A stretch of 64,000 nucleotides of DNA from a virus, in IMG/VR virus record IMGVR_UViG_3300025381_000001; one strand, 5' to 3'. The position numbers and the translations under genes were made by a program. Numbering within the stretch: position 1 is the stretch's first letter; each line of letters begins with the position of its first letter. This document shows, in pieces, positions 40,475 through 51,168 of this stretch. The notes under the pieces were generated by a model, which was not told the origin of the DNA, did not search any database, and saw nothing but the letters and a program-made list of their open reading frames with translations.

Positions 40475-41532
40475 GCGGAATCTTTGGTGGCGGTCAACAA
40501 CAACAAGCCAGCCCAACCCAAACTCAAACCAGTTACAACGGCATCAGCGCTTACGCTGCGCCCTATGTGCAAAACATGCTTGGCCAAGCACAAGCGGTTA
40601 CGTCTCAACCTTACCAAGCCTACGGCGGTCAACGCACAGCAGATTTCACAGGGTTACAGAACCAAGCGTTTAACTCGGCTTCGGATTTGCAAACCCCCGG
40701 CGGCTATCAAACAGGTTCTAATTTGGCTGCAATGGGCGGCATTGGTAATTTGCAAACCACAGGCATGGCCGGAATGTACGGCAACATGGGTGCACAAGCG
40801 GGTATGAGCTACGGCCAAAACGCCACCAACCCCAACGCTGTTGCCGCGTTCATGAATCCTTACTTGCAAAATTCTTTGCAGCCGCAGTTGCAACTGCTCA
40901 ATCAGCAGTACGGCCAACAACAAGCCATGAACCAAGGACAAGCCACACAGCAAGGCGCTTTTGGTGGCGGACGGCAAGCGGTGATGCAAGGTTTGAACCA
41001 ACAAAACCAAGACTTGGCTACCAACCAGCTTGTCAGCAACGCTTACAACACCGCTTACAACACCGCTCAAACCAACATGCAAAATGCGGCGAATTTGGGC
41101 ATTCAAGGTGCGCAAGCAGGCTTGGCGGGTATTGGTGCGCAACAAGCAGGCTACAACAACGCGGCCAATGCCGGCGCTACCTCGGCCAACATCGCTGGCC
41201 AGAACTTGGGCGCTCAACAAAACATCATCAACCAGCAAGCGGCGATGGGTGGGCAGCAACAGCAGCAGCAACAAAACGTGCTCAACCAGCAGTACCAAGA
41301 CTTTCAAAACCAACTGCAGTACCCATACCAGCAGTTGAGCTACATGCAAAATATGTTGAGTGGGCTACCTATGAGTTCCACAACGCAGAACGTCTACAGC
41401 AACCCAAGCTTGTTGTCCCAAGTGGCAGGGCTGGGCACCACCGCATATGCACTGAACAAGATGAAAAAGGGCGGCAAAGTTAAAGACAGGCGTCCCGGCG
41501 GTTTGGGCGCTTTGGCTTTGTCGAAAATGTAA
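40471..41532 (+). CDS. Gln/Asn/Gly-rich internal virion protein
   Basis: 353-aa low-complexity Q/N/G/A-rich protein with a C-terminal MKKGGKVKD motif. Lies upstream of the SLT protein. Confidence 0.55.
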   Translation: MSGIFGGGQQQQASPTQTQTSYNGISAYAAPYVQNMLGQAQAVTSQPYQAYGGQRTADFTGLQNQAFNSASDLQTPGGYQTGSNLAAMGGIGNLQTTGMAGMYGNMGAQAGMSYGQNATNPNAVAAFMNPYLQNSLQPQLQLLNQQYGQQQAMNQGQATQQGAFGGGRQAVMQGLNQQNQDLATNQLVSNAYNTAYNTAQTNMQNAANLGIQGAQAGLAGIGAQQAGYNNAANAGATSANIAGQNLGAQQNIINQQAAMGGQQQQQQQNVLNQQYQDFQNQLQYPYQQLSYMQNMLSGLPMSSTTQNVYSNPSLLSQVAGLGTTAYALNKMKKGGKVKDRRPGGLGALALSKM

Positions 41533-41540
41533 GGATACCC

Positions 41541-43586
41541 ATGACAATCGCTCCACAAAATATCATTGCCGATTTGCGCGGCATGTCCGACCAGCAACTG
41601 GCGCAGTACGCGCAGATGCACCAGAACGACCCTTATGTGTTCCCCTTGGCGTTTCAAGAGAGCCAAACACGCCAGCAAATGCGCAGCCAATCGCAAGCAG
41701 CGATGGCCGGACAAAAGCCGCCTACCGTGGTGCAACAAGACGTTGGCCAAATGGCGCAAAGCGCTATGCCGCAGATGCCTTACGCCCCAATGGGCGCTCC
41801 CGCAGGGATGCCGCAACAAGCGCAACCTCAACAGCCTCAAACCAAACTGCCCGAAGAACAGGGCATTGGCGCGTTGTCGGCCAAAAACTTGGAAGGCATG
41901 AAGGGTGGCGGGATTGTGGAGCATTTTGACGAAGGTGGTCTCAGCCGTGATATGGCCGAAATGGTCTTGGCCAAAGCCAAAAAATACGGCATTGACCCCA
42001 ACATCGCTATGCGGATGGTGCGTCAAGAATCGCAATTTAACCCTAAAGCCGAATCCAAAGCAGGAGCCGCTGGTTTGACGCAACTCATGCCTGATACGGC
42101 CAAAGAAATGGGGATGAGTCCCGAAGACCGTTATGATCCCGAAAAGAGTCTGGAAGGCGGCTTCAAATATCTCAACAAACTGCGCAGCCAGTACGGCGGC
42201 GACTACGAAAAAGCTTTGGCCGCATACAACTGGGGTCAAGGCCATGTCAACAAACACTTGGCCAAAAACGACGGCACGCTGAACCGCACAAGTTTGCCCA
42301 AAGAAACCGCGCAGTATTTGAACAAAATCATGCCCGGCAGCACCGCTCAAGCTGCGGAAGTTCCAAGCACGCCTACGGCACAAACAGCTCCTAGCACAAC
42401 TGGATTCAAAAAAGACAACGATGTGCCCACCGCGCTTACGCCTGAACAAGTTGAGTCGCTTAAAAAGCTACCCGCTACTACGCCTGTAAAAAATTATGGC
42501 ATGTGGGACTCAATTAAAAATTACTACCAAAGTCCTTCTTCATTGGAAGGCGTTGCAAGCAACGTCGAAAATACGGCCAACGCTTTGGGTGGTTGGGCTA
42601 GCCCTGTTTCCACGGTAGGTAAAGGTGTGGGTATTGCTTCTAAAGCTTTAGCGCCTACCGAAGAAGCGATTGCGGAAGCGGCGCGTCTCAAACAGATTGC
42701 GGACACACAACGCCTTACCGGCCCCGCAAAAGCAGGGCTTGAGGCCTTGGCCCCAGAAGCCGCTGCAACACGTCAAGCGGCGGAACAAGCCAAACAACTG
42801 CGCTATTTACAAGCAGACAAAGACGCTGCCCAAGCCGCAGAGCAAGGTGTTAACGCTGGCAAACTGACTTCTGAAACTGCACAGGGCGTTGAAGAAGGTC
42901 TTGCGCAAGCTCCTAGAGATATTATGAGCCGTCAAGCGCAAGTGGCCAATGCTGCCAAAGGGTTTGATTTGGTCAACGCAGAAGCTAATGCGCCCGGTAT
43001 CGGTTCTTTGTTGGGCGGGACAAATGCGCAACCCACAGCCAACATGGGAACAACAAGCGGTTTTTACGATGCCGGCCAAGGCGCGACGCAACCGACAGGT
43101 ACAACCAGCGCACCAGCCCAACAAGCCGTGCCTACTACTGGCATGGACAAAAACGAAATGCTACTCATGCTGGGTTTGGGTTTGATGGGCGGTCAGTCAC
43201 CCAACGCCTTGACCAATTTGGGGCAAGCAGGCATCGGCGCTTTGAAGTATGGCCAAGAATCGAAAAAAGAAGCGGCAGACACGGCATACAAACAAGCTAT
43301 TGCCCAGCACTACGGTGTTACTCCAGAAATTCAAAACTTGGAGTATTTCAAAAACAACCCCGAAGCTCTGGCAACTTTGCAAGCGCGAAGCGATGCAGCA
43401 GGCAATGCGGCCATGATGAAGTCGATGGTGGACAAGTTTATTTCAGACCCCACTTCGATGGAGTTTTTGAAACAATCTCAACCGCAGTTGTATGCAGCGG
43501 TTGCAAACCAAGCAAAAATGGCCACGATGCCCAACTTGCTTGGGGGGTTGCCCGGGGCTGGTGCGAACATTCGCGCACCCCTATAA
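41541..43586 (+). CDS. internal virion protein with lytic transglycosylase (SLT) domain
   Basis: MVRQESQFNPKAESKAGAAGLTQLMPDTAKEMG...AAYNWGQGHV is the SLT signature with its catalytic Glu. Confidence 0.85.
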   Translation: MTIAPQNIIADLRGMSDQQLAQYAQMHQNDPYVFPLAFQESQTRQQMRSQSQAAMAGQKPPTVVQQDVGQMAQSAMPQMPYAPMGAPAGMPQQAQPQQPQTKLPEEQGIGALSAKNLEGMKGGGIVEHFDEGGLSRDMAEMVLAKAKKYGIDPNIAMRMVRQESQFNPKAESKAGAAGLTQLMPDTAKEMGMSPEDRYDPEKSLEGGFKYLNKLRSQYGGDYEKALAAYNWGQGHVNKHLAKNDGTLNRTSLPKETAQYLNKIMPGSTAQAAEVPSTPTAQTAPSTTGFKKDNDVPTALTPEQVESLKKLPATTPVKNYGMWDSIKNYYQSPSSLEGVASNVENTANALGGWASPVSTVGKGVGIASKALAPTEEAIAEAARLKQIADTQRLTGPAKAGLEALAPEAAATRQAAEQAKQLRYLQADKDAAQAAEQGVNAGKLTSETAQGVEEGLAQAPRDIMSRQAQVANAAKGFDLVNAEANAPGIGSLLGGTNAQPTANMGTTSGFYDAGQGATQPTGTTSAPAQQAVPTTGMDKNEMLLMLGLGLMGGQSPNALTNLGQAGIGALKYGQESKKEAADTAYKQAIAQHYGVTPEIQNLEYFKNNPEALATLQARSDAAGNAAMMKSMVDKFISDPTSMEFLKQSQPQLYAAVANQAKMATMPNLLGGLPGAGANIRAPL

Positions 43587-43638
43587 TTTGCCTATCAGCC
43601 CCGGAGTTGTTCCGGGGCACCCTAGTTGAGACGCTCTT

Positions 43639-46600
43639 ATGCCCCAGTACCTGCCCCTACCCGATGGTTCATTTTTGCCGGTTAAAGACGGGCAAAATCC
43701 AAAAGAGGTGTGGCTCAAGGCAATGGAAGCATATCCCGATGCTTTTGGCGGGGGTGCAGCGCCCGAGGAAGCCAAAGACAAAACAGGGTTTGTTCCTGCT
43801 CTTGAATCGGGTATCGCAGGCCTCAAAGGTTCGGCAGCACTTACTGCCGGCAAGCTCGGCTTGATGAACCAAGACGCTGCTCAAAAATATTACGAAGAGC
43901 AGGTGCAGCACGGCAAAGACGTTTTTGCGCCAACCACTGAGAGCTGGTCTCAAGCTCCTTTCACAAAATTCAAAGAACTGGCCGGAAGTTCCTTGCCCTA
44001 CATGGTCGCGCCGCTTATCGGTGCAGCTGCTGCCCCCGAAGCTGCTGCTGTTGGTGCATTGGGTCTTGGTGCGGGTGAAGTTGGTGCAGGACTAGCGTCT
44101 CTTGGCCAGTTCACAGGCACTAACTTGGCGCGTCAAGTGGACGAGAACAAGTCTTTGCAGAACGCTTCATTGGGTTCCGCCGCTGCCGCTGCCTTGCCGC
44201 AAGCTGCTTTGGATGTGTTTTCTTTGCATATGCTTCCCGGTGTGCGCAGCATTCTAGGAAAAGCCGGCATCGAGTTGACCGAGCAACAAGCCGCTCAAGT
44301 TGCCAAACAAGGACTTAGCCAAACGCTGGCTAGCTACGGTGGTGCGACCTTGAAAGCAATGGGTGCAGAAGGTTTGACCGAAGCTGCCCAACAGTTCTTT
44401 GAACGCCTGCAAGCAGGTTTGAGCATCAACGACCCCGAAGCACGTCAAGAGTATTACGACAACTTCCTTGGCGGCGCGGTTCTTGGCGGTGCGCTAGCAC
44501 CTGTCGGCCATGCGTTTGAGCGCAGTGCAGCAAAGATTCAGCAACCCGCACCTGTTCGACAACCAACGCAACAGCCCGGTGTACAAGCACCTGCGGCACA
44601 ACAACCCGCAGAAGAAGTTCCTGAGCCGACCCTGCGCCAACCTGCGCCAGAAGAAGTGGCCGAAGGCCCTGCTGCGCCAGCCGTGCTGACCAAACAACAA
44701 AAAGCCGAAGCCGCACGCCAAAAGAAAGATCAAGAAGAGTACTTGCGCAAGTACGCACAACAGGCCGAAAACCGCCAAGCAGCTATTGCCGAATACCAGC
44801 GCGTCAAGGACATGTCGCCGGAGGAGTATGCGCTGGAGCAAATGCAAGGCGTGACGACTGTGCCCAAGAAGGTTCGCCCCGCCGCGCCTCAAGAGGACGA
44901 AACAGGCTACTACACGCAGCACCCCGCACCTCCTGCACCCCACGAAACCTACGCCGCGCAACAAATGGCGTTGGCCAAAGACCGCGAAGCCGCGCCGCAA
45001 ATCAAGGACTACCTTGACTATCTGATGCAAGACCCCAAACAAGCGCAAGCGCTGTTGGAAAACCGCACGCAAATCCCCGGCGTCACGGCAAAACAAAGCG
45101 AAGCGTTGCTGGGCGGCATCAAAATGCAGCTCAAAGCGCGTGCCGATGCCGCAGCCAAAGCCGAAGCTGCCCGAGTTAGCACTGCACAAGAACGTGCGCG
45201 TAGCATGTTCACGCAAAAGCCCGAAGATTTGCTGGCCGCTGCCAAAGAACAACCCGGTGTGCAAGCGCAAGCGGCAGTCAAACCAGAAGCCGAAGCCTTG
45301 CAACGCATTGGCCAGCGTCCAAACCCATACCTGACGGCAAACCGCGACATTGAAAATGACCGCCGCAACGAAGAACTTGCGGACAAACTGACACAAACCT
45401 TGCCTTTGGCCAACGGCCAGATCAATCCCGGCGATGTGTATTTGGGTCTTGGCCAAAAGAAACAGAACTACAAAGACTTGCAAGCGCAACTTGCTATTGC
45501 GCGTCTGACCGGCAACCGAGCATTGCAAGGCGAGATCAAGCGTCAACTGGATGCAACACGCCCTATCCCAACCGAAGGCGGTCTTGGCACGGAAGGCGGC
45601 AAAAACGCCGCTGAAATTATTGGCCGCAGCAAACTTCCAGAACTCCGCGTTAATGAAGCCGAGGCAGACCAGTTTGCTTCGGAGCAACGCAACACCTTGC
45701 TGGGCATGGCTCGCACACTGGCGTCCAAGAAAATTATGCTCCCCGGCAAACGTGCGGAGCTGTTGAGCAACGCCAAAGAGCAGTATGTGGCACAGCACGC
45801 GGCTGAAATTGAAGCGCGTCGCAAAGCGTTTGGTTTGCCTCCAATGGAAGATTGGGAACGCGCCGAAGCTCGCGCCCGTGCGCTGGAAGGTTTGAATACG
45901 CTGACCAACAACTGGGGGCAGTTTGAAGATCCTGCGATCAGCGTCAAAGCTTTACAAAACATTACACGCGAAGCGGTGTATCAAAACTTGTTCAAAGCCG
46001 CAACTCGTAAAGCCCAAACACAACAGTCAACACTGGCCGAAAAACTTGCGCCTCCCAAAACAGGCCCTCGGATTGCCGCGCCTGACGAGTTGACCTTGCG
46101 CAATGAGCCTAGACTGGCCACCGATACAAAGCAGCACGCACTCAACATGATTACGATGGCGCTGCGTGAAGGCCGTACTCGCGCTGTACCAACCACTACA
46201 GAAAAAGCTCCGGCTCGCGTGGGGTCGTTGGCAGACATGGCCACGTTGTTTGGCCAAGAAAAAGGCAAAGAAGCCAGCGCACAAACTGATGCCGCTACTA
46301 AACAGTTTCTTGAACAACTGCGTGACGGCTTAGAAACCAACAATGATCCAGAGTTTGTGAAGCTTGCCGCTGAACAAGCGCAGCGTGTTGTTGAAGGCAA
46401 CTTGCCTGATGAGTTTGCTGTGCGGGACTTGGGCGAAATGATGAAAGCGCATGAGGCTGCAGGCCGCAGCGCGACCCGTCCCGGTGCTACCCCAGAGGAG
46501 TTGCAACGCACCAGCGCCCAGCCTCAACGCGAATTGTTCCCCGAAGCTGGCCCCGAAGCCGAAGTGCAAACGCAACGCGCTACCCCGTCTAACTTCCAAA

Positions 46601-49600
46601 AAATGTTGGACTCTAAAAACATTCAAGGGCTGCGCGACGCAATTGAAAAACAACGCAAAGACAACTTGGCTGCATTGCAAGGTTTTGGCAAAGCTGCGCC
46701 CACGTTAAAGAACAAAGTTGAAACGGCAAAAAACACATACGAACGCAACTTGAAAAAATTGCAAAAAACTGTGGCCGTTTCAAACGAGTTTGACCGAGAA
46801 ATGCAGACCGACATTGCCGCAGCTACAGAAGCGCAAGCTGCGTGGCAAAAACAAGTGGACGATTTGCGTGAACGCGAAGCCGAAGTCACCGCCATGCGCG
46901 ATGCTTTGATGCAAGAACCCGAAGACATGTCCATTTTGATTAGCGCTCCTGCGGTGCTGAATCAAGAAAAAGCTATTCGTGTTGCGCTCAAACGCGCCGA
47001 AGAAGGTTTGGCTACCGCCAAAGAACTGACTGCGGCTGTGCAAGCCACCAATGCTGCACAAATGACTTTGGCCAAACCTGCTGTTGACCGCGCTGTAAAA
47101 GCTGAAGAGGATTTCAAGAAAGCACAAGCAGAACTTGCTGCGCTGCAAAACGAAGCCGCGCAAAAAGCACAAGCAGATGCCGCCGCTAAAGCGCGTGAAG
47201 AAAACCGTCAACCGGAAGCAGAACGCACCGCCGAAGAAAAACGTCGTGCGGCCATCCAACGTGGCCGTGAAGGGCTGGGGTTGGAAGGTGAGCGTGTGCA
47301 ACGTGATGTCAGCGCGATCAAAGAAGACAAAGACGATTTGAAACGCGAACTGGGGTCGTGGAATAACGAAGTCAACAAATACACGAAAGCCGTCAAAGCG
47401 CTTAAGCAGCTTGAACCGACCGAAACTAATATTACTAAACTGGGCAATGCAGAATCAAAACTGCAAATTGCCAAAGAAAACGAAGCGCGGGTTGAGCTGG
47501 AGCTTGCCGGTATTGAAAGCGAAGCGCCTTTGGTTCGCACGCCTATTAAAGACCGCACCGAAGCCGATGAAGCTTTTGAAAGAGCGCAAATTCAACAAGC
47601 ACGCGCTAGAAATGCTAAAGAAAACCTACCTTCAGAACTCCCTTCCGCACGCCGAGGCCCGGTCGTAAAACATGTGCGCACAGGTCGTACCGAACAAACG
47701 GGGCAACGCAAAGACGTTGTTGGCCGCGCCGATGCTGTTACCGATACTTTGATTGCTCGCCGCGCAGAATTAGCCGAGTTCAAACGCCGTGTAGATTTCT
47801 TGACTGAAAAAGGTAAACCTGTACCGCAAGCGTTGACCAACAAGCTCAATGCTGCACAAAAACGAACAGATGCTGCCGCAAAAATTCAAAAAGAAATTAG
47901 CACCCAAGAAGCTGCTGCCGCTAAAGAGCTGGCCAAAAGCAAAAAGAAGTACGGCAAAGACGAATTGGCACGCGAAGCCGGCGGTGAATACGAAAGCGCC
48001 CCAGTGACGTATTTGCGCAAAACAACCACCGAAGCTATCCGCGATGGCCGGATGCTGGATGTGGCCGACGAACTGGCCGAGCACGGGTCTACACAATTTG
48101 TGAAAGATTTGGCCGAACGCCTGCGCCCTTTGTTGATGCGCACAAAAATTGGTACAACACAAGACTTGATGGTGGATGGCAAGCCTGCTGGCGGCGCGTA
48201 CTACCTCGCAGAAAACCGGATCGCGCTGGACGATCAAAACATGACCGAAGAAGATTTGGTGCATGAAATGGTTCACGCGGCTACCATGCGCGTTCTTCGC
48301 GCCGACAACGCCGACTTGACCCCGACACAGCGCAAAGCCCGTGACGACTTGCAAAAGCTCTATGACCAAATCAAAGAAGACCCTGCGTTTGCCAAAGAGT
48401 ACGCCAAGAAAGACTTGGAAGAATTCGTGGCTGAAGCCATGTCTAACAGCAAACTGCAAGACAAGTTGGCCAGCACCAAAGTGGAAGGCGAGTCATTTTT
48501 TGACAAGCTCAAGCAGTTCATCATGCGCATGTTCGGCGTGGACACTCGCAGTGACGCATTCAAAACCGCTACTGACGCAATCGACAAGATTTTCAAACCC
48601 TCGGCCAAACTTGAAGCCGAAGTCAAGGCGCGTGCAGCGCCGACAGCCAAGGGGTTTGAGGACGAGCTGGGACTGGCCGAACGCATCATTGCCGACAAGC
48701 CGTCTATGCAGCAACAAATTGACGCCAACCTTGGGCTGAACTTTCGCACCAAATGGCTAGATCGTTTGGCACCGCTGGAGAAGATTGCGCAAACCATGAT
48801 GGACCCGCTCAAGGGTACTCAGATGATGTTCTTCTTGCGCATGGCAGACCAAAAAATGTCTTTCACGCAGCAGGCGGCAGCCAATGGTGTGCCACAAAAA
48901 GTAGCTATCAAACGCGCTGATGGTCGCACGGAATACGTCATTGAAAGTCAGAAGGGCGCAAACCTCGCCAACATTGCCAAGACTTTGGGCAAAGCGCCGG
49001 GCATGAACCCTGCGGCAGCAAACCGCTTGTTCACGCTTTATTTGGCCGGCAAACGCGCAGAGCGTGTGGGTGCTGACGTGCTGAACTTTGATGTGTCCGA
49101 ACAAGACTTGAAGAACGCAGTGGGCAAAATCGAAGCCAACAAAGAGCTGCATGATGTTTTTGAAGACGCACGCAACCAGTACAACGAGTACAACCGCAAC
49201 CTAGTCAACTTCCTGCAAGACATGGGCGTGATCTCTAAGGAGACTGCCGCTTCGCTTTCCAAAAGCAACGACTACATTCCGTACTACCGAGATCGCAACG
49301 GCGAGGCTGAATTGGTTATTGGGGGTGAAGGCACGTATCGCGTGGGCAGTTTGAAAGACCAACCCCAGCTGCGCGAGTTGATTGGGGGCAACCAGAAGAT
49401 TTTTGACTTCTTGACAAGCTCGGTGCAAAACACCAGCATGATTATGGACATGGGCTTGCGCAACATTGCCACCAAGAACGCAATGTTTGAGTTGCAAAGT
49501 TTGGGTCTTGCATCGTTTTACGGCGGCGAAGCCAGCGGCCCCAACGTGGTTCAGTTCCGCGAAGACGGCCAAGACCGGTACGTGCGCGTGGACACCGATG

Positions 49601-51168
49601 CCGCAGGCATCCCCTCAAACTTGTTGGTCAAAGGCATGGAAGGTATTCCGGTCAACAACTCCGCGCTTGTTCGCGCAATGGCCATGCCAGCAACATTGTT
49701 GCGCCGCGCAGTGACCGTGAGTCCTTTGTATTCCGCTCGTCAGATTTTCCGTGACTCGGTGGCCGCGCCCCTGACGTCCGGCGCTGACTTCACGCCAGTC
49801 ATGGCGGCAATCAAACAGATTGGGAAAATGGATACCAAAGGCACGCTGGAGTCACGCGGTATTGTGGGCGGTCAGGTGTTCACTGGCGGCAACGAGGACT
49901 TGACGCGCATTTTGGGCGAGTTCCAATCCGGCAAGATTGGTTTGTCTCAACTGGTGGCCAAGGCCGAAGCCGTGGCAATGGAAGCCGATGCGCTGACCCG
50001 CCGCGCCCAGTACGACTCTTACATTCGCCAAGGGCTGTCTGAGATGGAAGCCACGCTCATGTCTTTGGAGTCCATGAACTTTAACCGCAAGGGCATGTCG
50101 CCCAGCGTGCGTTTGGCATCCACATTGATTCCGTTCTTCAACGCCCAGTTGCAAAGCTTGGACGTGCTGTATCGCGCCATGACAGGCAAGATGCCAATGA
50201 ACGAGCGCTTGGATATCCAAGGCAAGTTGTACCGCCGTGGCGCGGCGCTTGCCGGTACTGCCATTGCTTACACGATGCTGATGCAAGATGACCCGCTGTA
50301 CAAGAATGCACAGCCTGACGAGAAGTACGGCAACTTCTTTGTGCATTTGCCCGGCATGAAAGAGGCGCTGCGCGTGCCTGTGCCGTTTGAAATCGGTTAC
50401 ATCTTCAAGTCAATTCCCGAGGCAATCATTAACTCGATGGCCAGCGATGCTGGCGCGGAAGATGCGTACAAGGCATTCAAGACAATTGCCATTCAAACCA
50501 TCCCCGGCGCGACTTCTGGATTCATGCCAGCAGGCGTCAAACCTTTGGTTGAGAACGCCACCAACCATTCGTTCTTCACAGGGCGCGAGTTGGAGTCCAA
50601 GGCCGAGCAAGAGCGCGAAGCCCAGTTCCGTTACCGCGATAGCACATCCGAGTTGGCCAAAGGCCTTGGTGCTATCACAGGTACTTCACCTATCAAACTG
50701 GAGAACCTGATTCGAGGATACACCGGCACGATGGGCATCGCCTTCACGCAAGCAATCAGTGCGGCCAGCCCCGGCAATGGCGTTCCTGCGCCAACCAAGA
50801 AGCTGTCGGAGATGCCGGTTATTGGCGCTGCGTTCCAACCAGAAGATGCTGGCGGCATGGTGAGCGATATGTACGATCACATGTCTCGCGCCCGTGAAGT
50901 GCAAAAGACCTACAACCAGTTGGTCAAAGAGGGCAACGGTGCGGAAGCTCGTCAGTACTTGCAAGAAAACGTCAACATGCTTGCCACTAAAACAATGACG
51001 GGCAACTTGCAAGAGACGATGGGCAAACTAAAGAAAGCGGAAATGGCGATCAAAGCGTCTAGCTTGACGCCTGATGAGAAACGCGCACGCTTGGATGAAA
51101 TCCAAAAAATGCGCATTCAAATCGCTTCTAATGTCCGTGGGGTCTACGAAAAAACCACACCCCGATGA
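43639..51168 (+). CDS. giant (2509 aa) virion-associated polyvalent/ejection protein with HExxH zincin motif
   Basis: Single uninterrupted ORF with four regions: an N-terminal Gly/Ala hydrophobic region, ~1300 aa of A/Q/E/K coiled-coil, HEMVH at nt 48262-48276 (aa ~1542), and a ~900-aa C-terminal domain. Confidence 0.7.
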   Translation: MPQYLPLPDGSFLPVKDGQNPKEVWLKAMEAYPDAFGGGAAPEEAKDKTGFVPALESGIAGLKGSAALTAGKLGLMNQDAAQKYYEEQVQHGKDVFAPTTESWSQAPFTKFKELAGSSLPYMVAPLIGAAAAPEAAAVGALGLGAGEVGAGLASLGQFTGTNLARQVDENKSLQNASLGSAAAAALPQAALDVFSLHMLPGVRSILGKAGIELTEQQAAQVAKQGLSQTLASYGGATLKAMGAEGLTEAAQQFFERLQAGLSINDPEARQEYYDNFLGGAVLGGALAPVGHAFERSAAKIQQPAPVRQPTQQPGVQAPAAQQPAEEVPEPTLRQPAPEEVAEGPAAPAVLTKQQKAEAARQKKDQEEYLRKYAQQAENRQAAIAEYQRVKDMSPEEYALEQMQGVTTVPKKVRPAAPQEDETGYYTQHPAPPAPHETYAAQQMALAKDREAAPQIKDYLDYLMQDPKQAQALLENRTQIPGVTAKQSEALLGGIKMQLKARADAAAKAEAARVSTAQERARSMFTQKPEDLLAAAKEQPGVQAQAAVKPEAEALQRIGQRPNPYLTANRDIENDRRNEELADKLTQTLPLANGQINPGDVYLGLGQKKQNYKDLQAQLAIARLTGNRALQGEIKRQLDATRPIPTEGGLGTEGGKNAAEIIGRSKLPELRVNEAEADQFASEQRNTLLGMARTLASKKIMLPGKRAELLSNAKEQYVAQHAAEIEARRKAFGLPPMEDWERAEARARALEGLNTLTNNWGQFEDPAISVKALQNITREAVYQNLFKAATRKAQTQQSTLAEKLAPPKTGPRIAAPDELTLRNEPRLATDTKQHALNMITMALREGRTRAVPTTTEKAPARVGSLADMATLFGQEKGKEASAQTDAATKQFLEQLRDGLETNNDPEFVKLAAEQAQRVVEGNLPDEFAVRDLGEMMKAHEAAGRSATRPGATPEELQRTSAQPQRELFPEAGPEAEVQTQRATPSNFQKMLDSKNIQGLRDAIEKQRKDNLAALQGFGKAAPTLKNKVETAKNTYERNLKKLQKTVAVSNEFDREMQTDIAAATEAQAAWQKQVDDLREREAEVTAMRDALMQEPEDMSILISAPAVLNQEKAIRVALKRAEEGLATAKELTAAVQATNAAQMTLAKPAVDRAVKAEEDFKKAQAELAALQNEAAQKAQADAAAKAREENRQPEAERTAEEKRRAAIQRGREGLGLEGERVQRDVSAIKEDKDDLKRELGSWNNEVNKYTKAVKALKQLEPTETNITKLGNAESKLQIAKENEARVELELAGIESEAPLVRTPIKDRTEADEAFERAQIQQARARNAKENLPSELPSARRGPVVKHVRTGRTEQTGQRKDVVGRADAVTDTLIARRAELAEFKRRVDFLTEKGKPVPQALTNKLNAAQKRTDAAAKIQKEISTQEAAAAKELAKSKKKYGKDELAREAGGEYESAPVTYLRKTTTEAIRDGRMLDVADELAEHGSTQFVKDLAERLRPLLMRTKIGTTQDLMVDGKPAGGAYYLAENRIALDDQNMTEEDLVHEMVHAATMRVLRADNADLTPTQRKARDDLQKLYDQIKEDPAFAKEYAKKDLEEFVAEAMSNSKLQDKLASTKVEGESFFDKLKQFIMRMFGVDTRSDAFKTATDAIDKIFKPSAKLEAEVKARAAPTAKGFEDELGLAERIIADKPSMQQQIDANLGLNFRTKWLDRLAPLEKIAQTMMDPLKGTQMMFFLRMADQKMSFTQQAAANGVPQKVAIKRADGRTEYVIESQKGANLANIAKTLGKAPGMNPAAANRLFTLYLAGKRAERVGADVLNFDVSEQDLKNAVGKIEANKELHDVFEDARNQYNEYNRNLVNFLQDMGVISKETAASLSKSNDYIPYYRDRNGEAELVIGGEGTYRVGSLKDQPQLRELIGGNQKIFDFLTSSVQNTSMIMDMGLRNIATKNAMFELQSLGLASFYGGEASGPNVVQFREDGQDRYVRVDTDAAGIPSNLLVKGMEGIPVNNSALVRAMAMPATLLRRAVTVSPLYSARQIFRDSVAAPLTSGADFTPVMAAIKQIGKMDTKGTLESRGIVGGQVFTGGNEDLTRILGEFQSGKIGLSQLVAKAEAVAMEADALTRRAQYDSYIRQGLSEMEATLMSLESMNFNRKGMSPSVRLASTLIPFFNAQLQSLDVLYRAMTGKMPMNERLDIQGKLYRRGAALAGTAIAYTMLMQDDPLYKNAQPDEKYGNFFVHLPGMKEALRVPVPFEIGYIFKSIPEAIINSMASDAGAEDAYKAFKTIAIQTIPGATSGFMPAGVKPLVENATNHSFFTGRELESKAEQEREAQFRYRDSTSELAKGLGAITGTSPIKLENLIRGYTGTMGIAFTQAISAASPGNGVPAPTKKLSEMPVIGAAFQPEDAGGMVSDMYDHMSRAREVQKTYNQLVKEGNGAEARQYLQENVNMLATKTMTGNLQETMGKLKKAEMAIKASSLTPDEKRARLDEIQKMRIQIASNVRGVYEKTTPR

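Noticed and set aside
43587-43638. The CCCCGGA-gttg-TCCGGGG hairpin before the giant gene as a terminator.
   Set aside because: No T-tract follows it, and the giant gene needs read-through from the late operon. It is more likely a neutral or mRNA-stabilising structure.
44494-45798. A long antisense ORF (434 aa), and similar ones at 41394..42449, 40654..41349, 47770..48459, 52803..53876, 21210..21986, 17468..18232, 14632..15309 and 33426..34121.
   Set aside because: All lie opposite strongly supported genes. All have shadow-ORF composition (L/R/C/H/G/V-rich and repetitive), with no SD or motif support.
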